A stretch of DNA of 64,000 nucleotides from Octopus sinensis (lineage: Eukaryota). Where the stretch lies: NCBI RefSeq assembly GCF_006345805.1, contig NC_042997.1, positions 195,920,001 to 195,984,000 of the forward strand, read 5' to 3'. Made by a program: the position numbers and the translations under genes. Shown here piece after piece: positions 51,341-63,234 of the stretch. Each line of letters opens with the position of its first letter. The stretch's first letter is position 1. The notes below the pieces were generated by a model that saw only the letters and a program-made list of their open reading frames with translations, had not been told where the DNA came from and ran no database searches.

Positions 51341-52969
51341 TGGGGAAATTAAACCCGTATCTACCGCCAATAGCTGCAAACAACCTCTGTGTTCATTTGT
51401 TAGATCAGGTAGATTCTCAGTGTTTTAATAGAAGGCTTAGTGTTTCCATCATTTACAAGCCTACAGTCGGCGTTGATTAAGTTTCTATCAATATGTCATA
51501 TCTAGTTCTTGTTGGCATATTCTAGATGCAATACCCGTAGATCGACGAAATAAACCCGAAGTTATGTTGTGTTTTCTGTCTAGTATTCGTTTCAAGAACT
51601 GCCTAATTGTCACGTGTTTGTTGATGCTTCCTGTCATACAACTATATTTAAGATGGAAAGATGTGTCTACGTATGTCTGCAAGACTCTTATATCTCTCAC
51701 TTACTGAAATCCCACACCGAAGATAGTTTTATGCTAACAATAATGCTAGCGAATACGATGAATTGATGGGATCTTTCAAGACAAAAGTTGAACAAAGACA
51801 GCAGAGTGAGAAATATATAGGAAGTTTGGATCGAGAGAGAAAAGAAAGAGGGGAAAGTGTGGTTATTGTGGCCGAGACAAGAAGATTTTGCGTTGGGAAC
51901 ATTCTATCTATTTAGGAAGCAATCTGAAATAAGAAAGGCCTGGATAGTTCCAAACCTTTCGTACAAAATTTAAAATAATTTCTTCGTGGTCGACAAACGA
52001 CACATACTGCAGGATGTCTCGGTAAAAGCGTCATTCAATACAGACAGCAATCATCGTTTGTACCTGACTAAGATCCTGACCGGCGAAATCATGGAGTAAA
52101 ATGCCCTACACATTTCAATAAAGAGTCAAAGTGTTAAGGTCTTTGATGTGATGCAGTACCAGGACGCTATGGAGATTGACGTGGAAGGTGAGAAGAAAAT
52201 TAAAAGCTACGTGTGGAAGGTGAGAACTATAGTATTTTAAATATCAATATGAGGTTTCAAACCTCTTAGAAGAAGGTGGCTCTAAAACCTCTTACTTAAC
52301 ATGTTTTTTTAAACACACAATTGAGGTTATAAACCACTACAAATAATACAATAAGATGAGGTTTCAAACCCTCTAACGAGGCTTGTTCACCTCCTACTCA
52401 TCGATATATTCATTATTATCTTTAATGCCGCTTGAGTTCCTGTATCCCGCCATTTCCCATGCCTCAGTCATGTGGGACATGTAAGTCGAGTAAGGGCCAC
52501 CCGGCCATATGCAACACTCCTCCCCAAATCCTTTAAGCCTTTCCCACAAGGGAAACCTTGACTTACACAGATATCTGCGGAGGCCATTCGGGATCCCGTG
52601 TGAAGGGCATACCTAGTGTCTCTCTATGTTTTTCGACTATTTTTTCCACCTCCCCGCCCTTGTAGAAAAAGATAATTAATTCATCATCATTAAGGGTGGG
52701 GGTCGTTTCTTCCATATATTCAAGAGAAATGGAAAACTATGCTGAGGAACATGAACGATCAACTTGAACATTCCGTTCCCTGCAAGCGATTAGACAATAT
52801 CGTGGAACTAACAACTGAAGATCATATTAGCCGCAACAGAAAGCAAAAGTCTAAAAGAAAAGGCAGGAGAAGGCTGGCATTCAATAGATAAGAGATGACA
52901 GCGCTTGAGAACAAGGGTTTGGTCACATAGGCAGACAAATGGGAGATGGCTATCTTCTCTGTGCAAATA

Positions 52970-53200
52970 CTTATTTCGATACTACCCACAAGGGGCTAAA
53001 CATAGAGGGGACAAACAAGGACAGACAAACGGATTAAGTCGATTACATCGACTCCAGTGCGTAACTAGTACTTAATTTATCAACCTGAAGATGAAAGGCA
53101 AAGTCGACCTCGGCGGAATTTGAACTCAGAACGTAACAGCAGACGAAATACGGCTACGCATTTCGCCCGGCGTGCTAACGTTTCTGCCAACTTTCCGCCT
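52970..53200 (-). mobile_element. SINE family B, monomer
   Basis: Head, core and tail present. Confidence 0.9.
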
Positions 53201-53602
53201 GCAAATACCAATATGATTATTCGTTTGATAAGAATTTCTTCCAAATCTCCCTCATAGACGAACCAACTATTTTGCAGTCACTTGCGTTTCTATAATAACT
53301 TTGTAGTTAATTTGCAAACAATAAAATGTTGTTTCATAGAACAACTGATGTTAGGTTCTAGCATTGCTTACCTTGCTGTTTCTTTGGAAATTTCAGCACC
53401 TGTATAGACGATAATTACGCGTAGGGGAATGTAGCTTCTTGTTTTAATTAAATATGATGTTACGTTAAATTAAATCTCATACCAATTAGTCGTAAACCTG
53501 TGAAGCCATTTTTCTGGGGAAAATTGTGAATTTTCGACAGTGTTCTCTATAATCCATACACACATACATACATAAGAATGCATATGAATGTATGTATATA
53601 TA

Positions 53603-53654
<52 letters not shown>

Positions 53655-53705
53655 TATATATATATATGTAGGTGAGAAAGTTAGTGAGTGAAAGCACGTG
53701 GTTGA

Positions 53706-54201
53706 ATATATAGAAAATAGTAAAAAGTGAAAAAACTACAGAAGGCTTGTTTTAAAAGGTTAAAAAATATATATTTGAGTCAATATGTCTGAAGAAGATT
53801 ATAAATTTTTTCATACACCAACACAAATTAGACTAAACAAGGAAACATTCTTCATTGAAAAATACAAGCCCAAACTTAACCATTCCAACATACTTATACA
53901 GAGAAATTCACTCCAAAAGAAAGGCAAACAATTTTAAGCGATTATCTCCCATACACCGGAAGAAATCACTTATTACCTCCCCTTATCTGGAACACTTCTC
54001 AACGTAAACATAACGATAACTCTTCTCAACGTAGACATAACGATGTAAGAAATTTGAAAAGCTGAACGCGAAACCGGTCATTTCTTCAAAAATTATGCCA
54101 TTGTATGAAAAAAATTTATAACATTCTTCAGACATATTGACTCAAATATATATTTTTTAACCTTTAAAACAAGCCTTCTGTAGTTTTTCACTTTTTACTA
54201 T

Positions 54202-54212
<11 letters not shown>
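53706..54212 (+). mobile_element. Penelope insertion: inverted 3'-end copy + EN C-terminus + 3' UTR hammerhead
   Basis: ~110-bp inverted arms 53706-53817 and 54101-54212; HTPTQIRLNKETFFIEKYKPKLN (R..E..FI...P.LN); hammerhead at 54047-54086; (TA)n flanks. Confidence 0.8.
54047..54086 (+). ncRNA. Complete minimal type-I hammerhead, U3-A8 core variant
   Basis: aagaaat-TTGAAAA-GC tgaac GC-GAAA-C cg G-TC-atttctt; 7-bp stem I, G10.1-C11.1 intact, palindromic ACCGGT. Confidence 0.8.
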
Positions 54213-54263
<51 letters not shown>

Positions 54264-54301
54264 GTATAATATATATATATATATATAATATATTGCATAT
54301 G

Positions 54302-54338
<37 letters not shown>

Positions 54339-54439
54339 ATCTGTGTCTGTAAGTGTATATTTACATGCAAAGTATTAGCAGACGTTCAAGAAAGGAAAGA
54401 AAGGTGGTTTTGTATTTCGAGTAAAGCACTTCTTATGAA

Positions 54440-54600
54440 ACAGGAGAAAGAGTAGAGTCCAAGAGAAAAAGTAGACGGAGGAAAGAAAACTTCGAATGAC
54501 CCGTCCTTGTTTTCTTTGTATCGTCTATCTGGATGTTTTGTTGTCCTATTTTTTGTATAATCTAGCTGCCGGATGTTTTGCGTTCTTGTGCCATTTTGTA
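54440..54600 (+). mobile_element. PLE-end-like repeat (second copy at 55395-55530) with decayed hammerhead-like motif
   Basis: The two copies align (gaggaaagaaaact-cgaatga-ccgtcc-tgttttctttgtatcgtct); CTGAGGA is retained at ~55398. Confidence 0.45.
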
Positions 54601-54616
54601 TTTATATATGTATATA

Positions 54617-55020
54617 GGCGCAGGAGTGGCTGTGTGGTAAGTAGCTTGTCTACCAACCGCATGGTTCCGGGTTCAGTCCCACTGCGTGACACCTTGGGTA
54701 AGTGTCTTCTACTATAGCCTCGGGCCGACCAAAGCCTTGTGAGTGGATTTGGTAGACGGAAACTGAAAGAAGCCCGTCGTATATATGTATATATATATAT
54801 ATATGCATGTGTGTGTTTGTGTGTCTGTGTTTGTCCCCTCGCATTGCTTGACAACCGATGCTGGTGTGTTTATGTCCCCGTCACTTAGCGGTTCGGTCTA
54901 AGAGACCGATAGAATAAGTACTGGGCTTACAAAAGAATAAGTCCTGGGGTCGATTTGCTCGATTAAAAGCGGTGCTCCAGCATGGCTGCAGTCAAATGAC
55001 TAAAACAAAAGAATAAAAGA
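54617..55020 (+). mobile_element. SINE family A, full length
   Basis: Head, core and tail present. Confidence 0.9.
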
Positions 55021-55072
55021 ATATGTATACACCCACACATCCTTACACATATTTATATATATATATATATAT

Positions 55073-55133
<61 letters not shown>

Positions 55134-55154
55134 TGTGTGTATATATATATACAT

Positions 55155-55200
<46 letters not shown>

Positions 55201-55536
55201 GTGCGTGTGGCGTGTGTGCGCGTATGTACTAATATTCAAAATTCAAACTAAGTTATCATTATCTTTAAAAAAATAATAAAATGGCCAGCAAAGAGAAGCA
55301 TCATTAAAAGTCAGATTACAATAAGCACCTGCTTGCTAGAAATAAATATTAAACTCTCCAAAGCAACGCATCTCTCACTGTATGTAATCTGGTTCTCGAC
55401 TGAGGAAAGAAAACTCCGAATGAGCCGTCCATGTTTTCTTTGTATCGTCTCTCTGGGTGTTTTGTTGTCCCATTTTTGTATCACCTAACTGCCCGGATGT
55501 TTTGCGTTCTTGTACCATTTTGTATGTTTTATAAAT

Positions 55537-55569
<33 letters not shown>

Positions 55570-55767
55570 TATTATATATATAGATATATATATATTATAT
55601 ATAATATATAATATATATATGTATAATATTTATATTATATTAAATTAGAGATAAAACCACTATTAGCAAATCAAACAATGAAAAAATAAGCCAATGCATA
55701 AAATAATTAATTATATTATTTAAATATATTCAAAAGTATTAAAAGTTTAATAAAAGATAATGAGTAA

Positions 55768-55840
55768 AACACTACGATCGTTTCTTGGCTGTCCAATTCG
55801 TAATAATTCGAGTTATGGTTACAGTCAATCTTCAGGTAAT
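55768..55840 (-). ncRNA. Type-I hammerhead with U-A pair at base of stem II
   Basis: attac-CTGAAGA-TTGACTGT...ACAGCCAA-GAAA-C gatc G-TA-gtgtt; palindromic ACGATCGT; weak stem I. Confidence 0.7.
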
Positions 55841-56598
55841 TGAAATATTTATCTTAGCGAGGTTTAGCAATATATATATGACTGGATATATGGATATATA
55901 GATGGATGGATGTAAAGGTATGCTCATCTTTTTCTCTCTCTGTACAATTTATTTGCAAACTCAGATCATTTGAATGTTTTTTTGAGTCTGTATATTTGTA
56001 TCAGTGTGTACGTTTGTAATTGTGTGTATGTGTGTAATTGAAAGTGAGTGTTTGCCTGTACACGTGTATGTGTACACGCACGTGTATTAAAAATTCAATC
56101 ACAGAAATTTATCCTCTCCTTCAAACGAAACAAAATGTACATAACAGGTTGAATAACATCTTAGAAGATTACACATGTCAACACACGCTGACACAAAGGC
56201 GTTTTAGCAAATCTTCTCAATGTTTTTTTCATTTATAAAGAAATTAAAAGAAAATATATATATATATCTTTCTCTCATATTTAACCTGCACACGTGCAAA
56301 TATACGCATGATCAAATACAGAGAAAGCAAACGATGATTCTGTGAGTGCTTCCATTCACACACAAAGTTAATATATACATAACACTTCTGTTTGAAACTG
56401 TTACAATTATACATCAGATTTCCAGAGTGGATTGCTATTTGTAAAATATGTTTTATTGAAAACAGCGTGTCCATAAACGGGTATATATAAAATCTTTAAA
56501 CACTTCACCTACGTACATAGAACTGTCGAATTCTCTCTCTCTCTCGCTGTATGTCTATCTCTACCTCTCTATCTCTTTATCGCTCTTCCCTCTCTTTC

Positions 56599-56636
<38 letters not shown>

Positions 56637-56815
56637 TCTGTTACTCTGGACTTTTCTCTCGCATTCTCTGTTTCTCCATGTACGTCTTTGCTTTTTTCGT
56701 TGCACGTATTTCCAAATGCTCATCCATAGGTATACATACACCACACATACACACAAGCACACGCGCATCACACACACCGACATAAACATGCACTGTTATA
56801 TTATATATATATTAC

Positions 56816-56863
<48 letters not shown>

Positions 56864-57629
56864 CATATATATATTATTATATATATATACATATATACAT
56901 ATATATATATACATTTATGTGTACATATGCATATATGTGTGTGTGTGTACATATACATGTATATATTATGTATAAAGAAATATACATATTTATATATTTA
57001 TTAACTATATGTCTGTGTGTGTATATATATATTTAATATATATATATATATACATATATTATATATATAAATACGCATACACAAACGCATATGCATGTAT
57101 GTATTGCACGTGACTGTTTGTCTATGTGTATATATGACTCCTCCCTCTTACTCACTAACTCTTTCTCTCACCTTCTCTGTCACTGAAATATTTTTATATG
57201 AGATTTATACATTTTGTTTTTTCACTTCATATTTTTCAATAAAGCTATTCTTTATTGCACATATTTATTTCAAGCCCATAATTAGCTCCTTCTAAATTGA
57301 TAACTTGTCACTCGGAGTCAATAATTTTACGTAGAAAAATATGTAATTCTGTAACATAAGATTTGTTTTGATTTTTGAAGCTGCCTCTCACTGCTCTAGA
57401 ATTTAAGCGATGATTTATGTGTAAATTACAGTTTTGAACATGTCATCGACAACACTTTTGACTTATTTGGGCATAAACACAAACGTATAGAAGATAGACT
57501 TAATAAACGTTATATGTAGCCATCACTCTGTCAAAATATTTATGTTTATCGCCTAATATGTTTTTCGTTTTCATTCTCTTTCTCACCGTGTGTTTGTGTG
57601 TGTTTGTGTGCGTGAGTGAGTATGTGTGT

Positions 57630-57638
57630 GTAGATAGA

Positions 57639-57669
<31 letters not shown>

Positions 57670-57683
57670 CTAGATAGATAGAC

Positions 57684-57748
<65 letters not shown>

Positions 57749-57750
57749 TA
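57630..57750. repeat. (GATA)n/(GACA)n tetranucleotide array
   Basis: Direct inspection; a complementary (TCTA)n array lies at ~62600-62800. Confidence 0.95.
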
Positions 57751-58714
57751 CTATATCTCTGTGTATCTCATCTCTCTATTTCTCCGTCACTATATACAAA
57801 TCCTTGGATATACATATATAAATATATGTATGTGTATATACAAACAGACAGACATACACACACACACATATAAATTCATGGATAAACATATTTATTTGTG
57901 TGTCTGTGTGTATATATATATATATATATACGTTCATACATACATTCACATTATGTGTGCATCTACGTATGAGTGTGTATTTGTATGTATGTATGTATAT
58001 ATATATATGCATACATCTGTCTCTGTATTTGGGAGTATGTATGTATTTTATTCATTTGAAGAGTAAATTATAACCCAATAACAACATCGGTTTTGATTAG
58101 CGAAAAACAACAATCCTTTAGTATTAATTCGCCATTCTGTATTATTCCGACAGATTCCATAAATGGAAGATACACTTCGGGCAGAAGTGTTCTGAGCTCG
58201 TATCTTCCCTTTGGTGAAATTGCTGTTTAGCCCAAAGCAGTTTTTCGTTAAAGGATTCTTCAAATATGGTGTGCGATACATGCTTAGCGTCCTACATTTC
58301 TTTCAAACACCTTCTGTTCTGAATTCTACTGTTCAATATATCTTTCCTTCTTTAAATATAAAATATTGTGTCTGGGTTCTGTTGCGTTTAGCTTTTGTTC
58401 CCATTAGTCTGAACAAATGTATGAAATCTCTACGAATGGCTTTTTTAATGGCTAAGTATGATGTGAAGATAAATTTTTACAGAATATCACCTTTCTATTT
58501 CTATAGAACAACTGACCAATACATACATACATACATACATACATACACACACACACAGACATGTATATACACACATACACACACAGACACACACACATAG
58601 ACATATATATACACACATACACACACACACACAGACACACACACACACACATACAGACACACACACACACGCACACACACACACACTCACACACACACAT
58701 ATATATATATATAT

Positions 58715-58746
<32 letters not shown>

Positions 58747-59214
58747 AAACAGGCAATTATTTTAGCGAGATTTTTTTTTCTTTGCTATGTAAGAATGATA
58801 ACTGAAAGGGAGGAAACAGGAAATGAAAGTAAGTAGGTGAGGATACACAAATGGCTACTTCGCAATTGAGATATGGCTGAACTAGCAAAATAAGACTGCA
58901 TAGCTTGGATAGTTATCCAATCCAGTGTAAATATCATAACAGCGGTTCAGACAGATATGATGAAAGATGTTATTGCTGATAATGAAATTCCAGTGTTATA
59001 AATGATAGGAGAAATTAAGAATGTAAATACGAGTCCCTCTTGTCAGTGGTGGTCGTGATTTTTCCTCTCTAACATAATAAATACATGCTATAACGGAATC
59101 CTAACCTGGATCTCTAGATCCAGCCATAGCTGTAGTCTGGGAACTATAATACTTCCCCAACGTTTTTATTCGTTTATACCACAACTGAGCCAAACCCTTT
59201 ATAGTTTATATATA

Positions 59215-59610
59215 TACTAGCAGTATCACCCGGCGTTGCTCGGGTTTGTAAGAGAAATAACTATATAAGCATTTTAAGAGAGCTATAGCCAAAAAATAGC
59301 AAAAAAATGCATTAAAAATGGAAAAAAAATTATGGTAAATTTTTTTTAAAATCGTTGACTCATTGTAGACATTTTAGAGTTACTTCCCTTATATAATAGC
59401 GAAAAAATGCATTAAAATGGAAAAAAAATGATGGTAAATTTTTTTTAAATCGTAGACTCATCGTAGACGCGCGCTAATACCCAGAAGGGCTCGATATGAA
59501 TCACGATTACAAGATACCCGGTTGGTTAAACTGCAAGGCAAAATGTAGGAGTAGTAGGAATCTAAATCGTAGGAGACAGACACACAAACTTCTCTTTTAT
59601 ATATAAAGAT
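59215..59610 (+). mobile_element. Non-autonomous Helitron/Helentron-like element
   Basis: TACTAGCAGTATCACCCGGCGTTGCTCGGGT 5' end shared with 13527; 3' end acagacacac...ttttatatataaagat. Confidence 0.55.
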
Positions 59611-59628
59611 ATATATGCATGCATTGTA

Positions 59629-59659
<31 letters not shown>

Positions 59660-59828
59660 AATAACAATTAAGATTCAAGTGAGTTCCAAAGAATTCACAT
59701 GAATGCGGCGGTACTTAACTAGACGCACCAGAAATCTATATGGTATTAACCATATAATAATGTGGGGTGATTATAAACAAGAAAAAAGCAACTAATCCAT
59801 TCTGTTGCTTTTTTCTTGTTTTTTCTTG

Positions 59829-59864
<36 letters not shown>

Positions 59865-59882
59865 GATATACATACATATATA

Positions 59883-59984
<102 letters not shown>

Positions 59985-60021
59985 TATATATTATAATATT
60001 TATATACTATATTATATCGTG

Positions 60022-60852
60022 CTTGGTGAGACCTAAAGCACGACCTTCGAACTTTAGGTCTCACCAAGGAAATGACCAGTGACGGAGACCTTTGGAAGTA
60101 TGCTGTGCGTGAGAAAACCCGGCAAGACCAGTGAGAACAGTCAAAATCAAAATCAAACCAAATTGAGGTCGATCAACATCAGGGCCCCCGTGCAGGTGAC
60201 ACATAAAAGCACCATCCGTTCGTAGCCGTTTGCCAGCCCTGTCTGGCCCCCGTGTCGGTGGCACGTAAAAGCACCAGCCGTTTGTGTTCGTTGCCAGCCT
60301 GGCCTGGCCCCCGTGCCGGTGACACGTAAAAGCACCATCCGTTTGTGGCCGTTTGCCAGCTATGTCTGGCCCCCGTGCCGGTGACACGTAAAAGCACCAT
60401 CCGTTCGTGGCCGTTTGCCAGCCCTGTCTGGCCCCCATGTCGGTGACATGTAAAAGCACCATCCGTTCGTGTCCGTTGCCAGCCTCGCCTGGCCCCCGTG
60501 CCGGTGACACGTAAAAGCACCATCCGTTCGTGGCCGTCTGCCAGCCCTGTCTGGCCCCCGTGTCGGTGGCATGTAAAAGCACCATCCGTTCGTGTCCGTT
60601 GCCAGCCTCGCCTGGCTCCGTGCCGGTGACACGTAAAAGCACCATCCGTTCGTGGCCGTCTGCCAGCTCTGTCTGGCACCTGTGCGGGTGGCACGTAAAA
60701 AGCACCCACTACACTCACGGAGTGGTTGGCGTTAGGAAGGGCATCCAGCCGTAGAAACACTGCCAGATCTGACTGGGCCTGATGAAGCCTTCCAGCTTCA
60801 CAGACCCCAGTTGAACCGTCCAACCCATGCTAGCATGGAGAACGGACGCTAA

Positions 60853-60887
<35 letters not shown>
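60022..60887 (+). mobile_element. 5'-truncated RTE-clade LINE 3' end with minisatellite-containing 3' UTR and (ATG)n tail
   Basis: KHDLRTLGLTKEMTSDGDLWKYAVREKTRQDQ* (RTE-type C-terminus); terminal stem-loop cgtcc..ccatgctagcatgg..ggacg (60817-60848); (ATG)n. Confidence 0.8.
60183..60707 (+). repeat. GC-rich 61-62 bp minisatellite, 8 full units + 1 partial
   Basis: Unit starts 60183, 60245, 60306, 60368, 60430, 60491, 60553, 60614, 60675; no unique spacers. Confidence 0.95.
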
Positions 60888-60889
60888 AT

Positions 60890-61120
60890 GTCGCCATGAT
60901 AGATCGTTAGCCACTATACACATTTTTTCTCTCAGTTTTTTCTCTCCTTTTTTTTCTCTCCTTGTTTCTCTCCTTGTTTTTTTCTGTGTACCTTTCTATA
61001 GAAGAGCGTAGGCTCGAAACGTAAAAAAAATTTTTCTATTCCTGGGCGTTATACTAATACATCTGTTTGATTTGTACACCACCTGTCTTCGTCTTTTGTA
61101 TTTTTCGTAAACTTTCCCTG
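60890..61120 (+). mobile_element. PLE-end-like repeat carrying a degenerate hammerhead (60993-61026)
   Basis: ttt-CTATAGA-A-GAGC gtag GCTC-GAAA-C-GTA-aaa; core G5/A6 altered. Confidence 0.5.
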
Positions 61121-61164
61121 TATATATATTTATATATATTTATATACATATATATATATATGTG

Positions 61165-61196
<32 letters not shown>

Positions 61197-61299
61197 TGTA
61201 TGTATGTATGTATGTATGTATGTATATACATATACATGTGTGTGTGTATTTATTATGTATTTATACATCTTGTATTTTACATTTTTCAATTATTGGATT

Positions 61300-61476
61300 G
61301 TGGCCGTGGTGGGACGCCGTGTTGCAGAGTTTAGTTGAATAAATCATACTTGCCTTTATCTTTCTATCGATATGTTTTGTCGAACCTCTATATCACGGTG
61401 ATGTAGATGTAAACAAACCGACATTGGTTGCTAGTTAGCGACAAACACACACACACACACATAGACACACTGCTAT

Positions 61477-61531
<55 letters not shown>

Positions 61532-61750
61532 CCTCTTTCTCTTATCTGTTTCAGTCATTTGACTGCGGCTATGTTGGAGCACCGCCTTTTAGTCGAGCCC
61601 AGGACTTATTCTTTGTAAGCGTAGTACTTATTGTATCTGGTTCTTTTGTTGAACCGCTAACTTAGAGGATCTAAATTCACCAGCACCGGTTGTCAAGCGA
61701 TGATGGGAAGACACACAGACACAAACATATAAACACACACATACGTACAT

Positions 61751-61783
<33 letters not shown>

Positions 61784-62535
61784 CTCTCTTTTATTCTCTG
61801 TTACTTGTTTCATTCATTTGACTGTGGCTATGCTAGAGCACCGTCTTTAGTCGAGCAAATCAACCCCACAACATATTCTTTGTAAGCCTAGTACTTATAT
61901 TATCCGTCTCTTTTTGCCGAATCGCTAAGTCACGGTGACGTAAACACACCAGCTATATATATATATATATATCTTTTCTTTTTTCTTTTACTTGTTTCAG
62001 TCATTTGACTGCGGCCATGCTTGAGCACCGCCTTTAGTCGAGCAAATTGATCCCAGGACTTATTCTTTGTAAGCCCAGTACTTATTCTATCGGTCTCTTT
62101 TTGCCGAACCGCTAAGTAACGGGGACGTAAACACACCAGCACACGTCGTCAAGCAATGCTAGGGGGACAAACACAGACACACAAACACACGCACACATAC
62201 ATATATATATATATACATATATACTACAGGCTCTTTCAGTTCGGTCTACCAAATCCACTCACGCATTGGTCGCCGGGGCTATAGCAGAAGACATGCCCAA
62301 GATGCCACGCAGTGGGACTGAACCGGAACCATGTGGTTGGTTAGCAAGCTACTTACCACACAGCCACTCCTGCGCCTATATATTTGTATGTGTGTGTGTG
62401 TGTATGCAACCATCTGTCTCGAGCCCGAGGCTATAGTGGATGACACTTGCCCAAATTGCCACGTAGTGGGACTGAAGCCGGAACCAACTGGTTGGTAAGC
62501 ACGCTACTTATCACACAGCCACTCCTTCGCTTATA
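61300..62535 (-). mobile_element. Cluster of five SINE family A pieces
   Basis: Fragments at ~61300-61460, 61535-61760, 61790-61955, a full copy at 61975-62376 and a head piece at 62420-62535, all minus strand. Confidence 0.85.
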
Positions 62536-62585
62536 TATTTATGTGTGTGTGTGTGTGTGTGTGTGTGTTTGTGTGTATGCAACCA

Positions 62586-62628
<43 letters not shown>

Positions 62629-62736
62629 GTCTGTCTGTCTGTCTGTCTGTCTGTCAGTCTGTCTGTCTGTCTCTTTCTCTCTATCTATCTTTCTGTCTGT
62701 ATTCCTTTCTCTCTCTCTATCTATCTAACTACCTAC

Positions 62737-62800
<64 letters not shown>

Positions 62801-63110
62801 TTATCATATGGCGGTTAAATTTGGAAGTATACTTTTGCCAACATGGGAAATATATGAAAATATTGCATAGGTTCAATAATTACATATATAGCTATTATCA
62901 GTTTTCTCGCAGCTTCTATAAAATGATGAAATGAATATTAATTTTCGAAAGAAAAATAATTTATTGCCTTAAAATAAAATTAAGTGCTACTATTTTTTTA
63001 TTTGTCTACTCCTCCTATGTCACTTTCACTTACTCCCACTCCTCCCACCACCAAGCCTAGTATATGCACTTACTCTCCACTTATGCTAAATCTTTCTGTA
63101 TTTCTCTTTA

Positions 63111-63144
<34 letters not shown>

Positions 63145-63234
63145 GTATACACACTTACACACATACGTACATATAATACATAAAACACACTCACACACCC
63201 AATATATATATATATGTATATATATATAATTCGT

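Noticed and set aside
52720-52890. Basic 50-aa frame (MLRNMNDQLEHSVPCKRLD...RKGRRRLAFNR)
   Set aside because: No recognisable family; embedded in decayed-looking sequence; cannot be distinguished from chance without expression data.
56450-56495. TTGAAAA...AAAC-GG-GTA, possible fourth U3-A8 hammerhead
   Set aside because: G12 missing and stems II/III unpaired; too degenerate to count.
60183-60707. Regular ~61-bp repeats suggesting a CRISPR array
   Set aside because: No unique spacers, the whole unit repeats, no cas genes, eukaryotic context inside an RTE 3' UTR.
60779-60800. CTGATGA in the RTE tail
   Set aside because: No GAAA or stem III follows.
60061-60823. Two 214-aa repetitive minus-strand ORFs
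   Set aside because: Products of a GC-rich minisatellite; the unit length is not a multiple of three and there is no protein signature.
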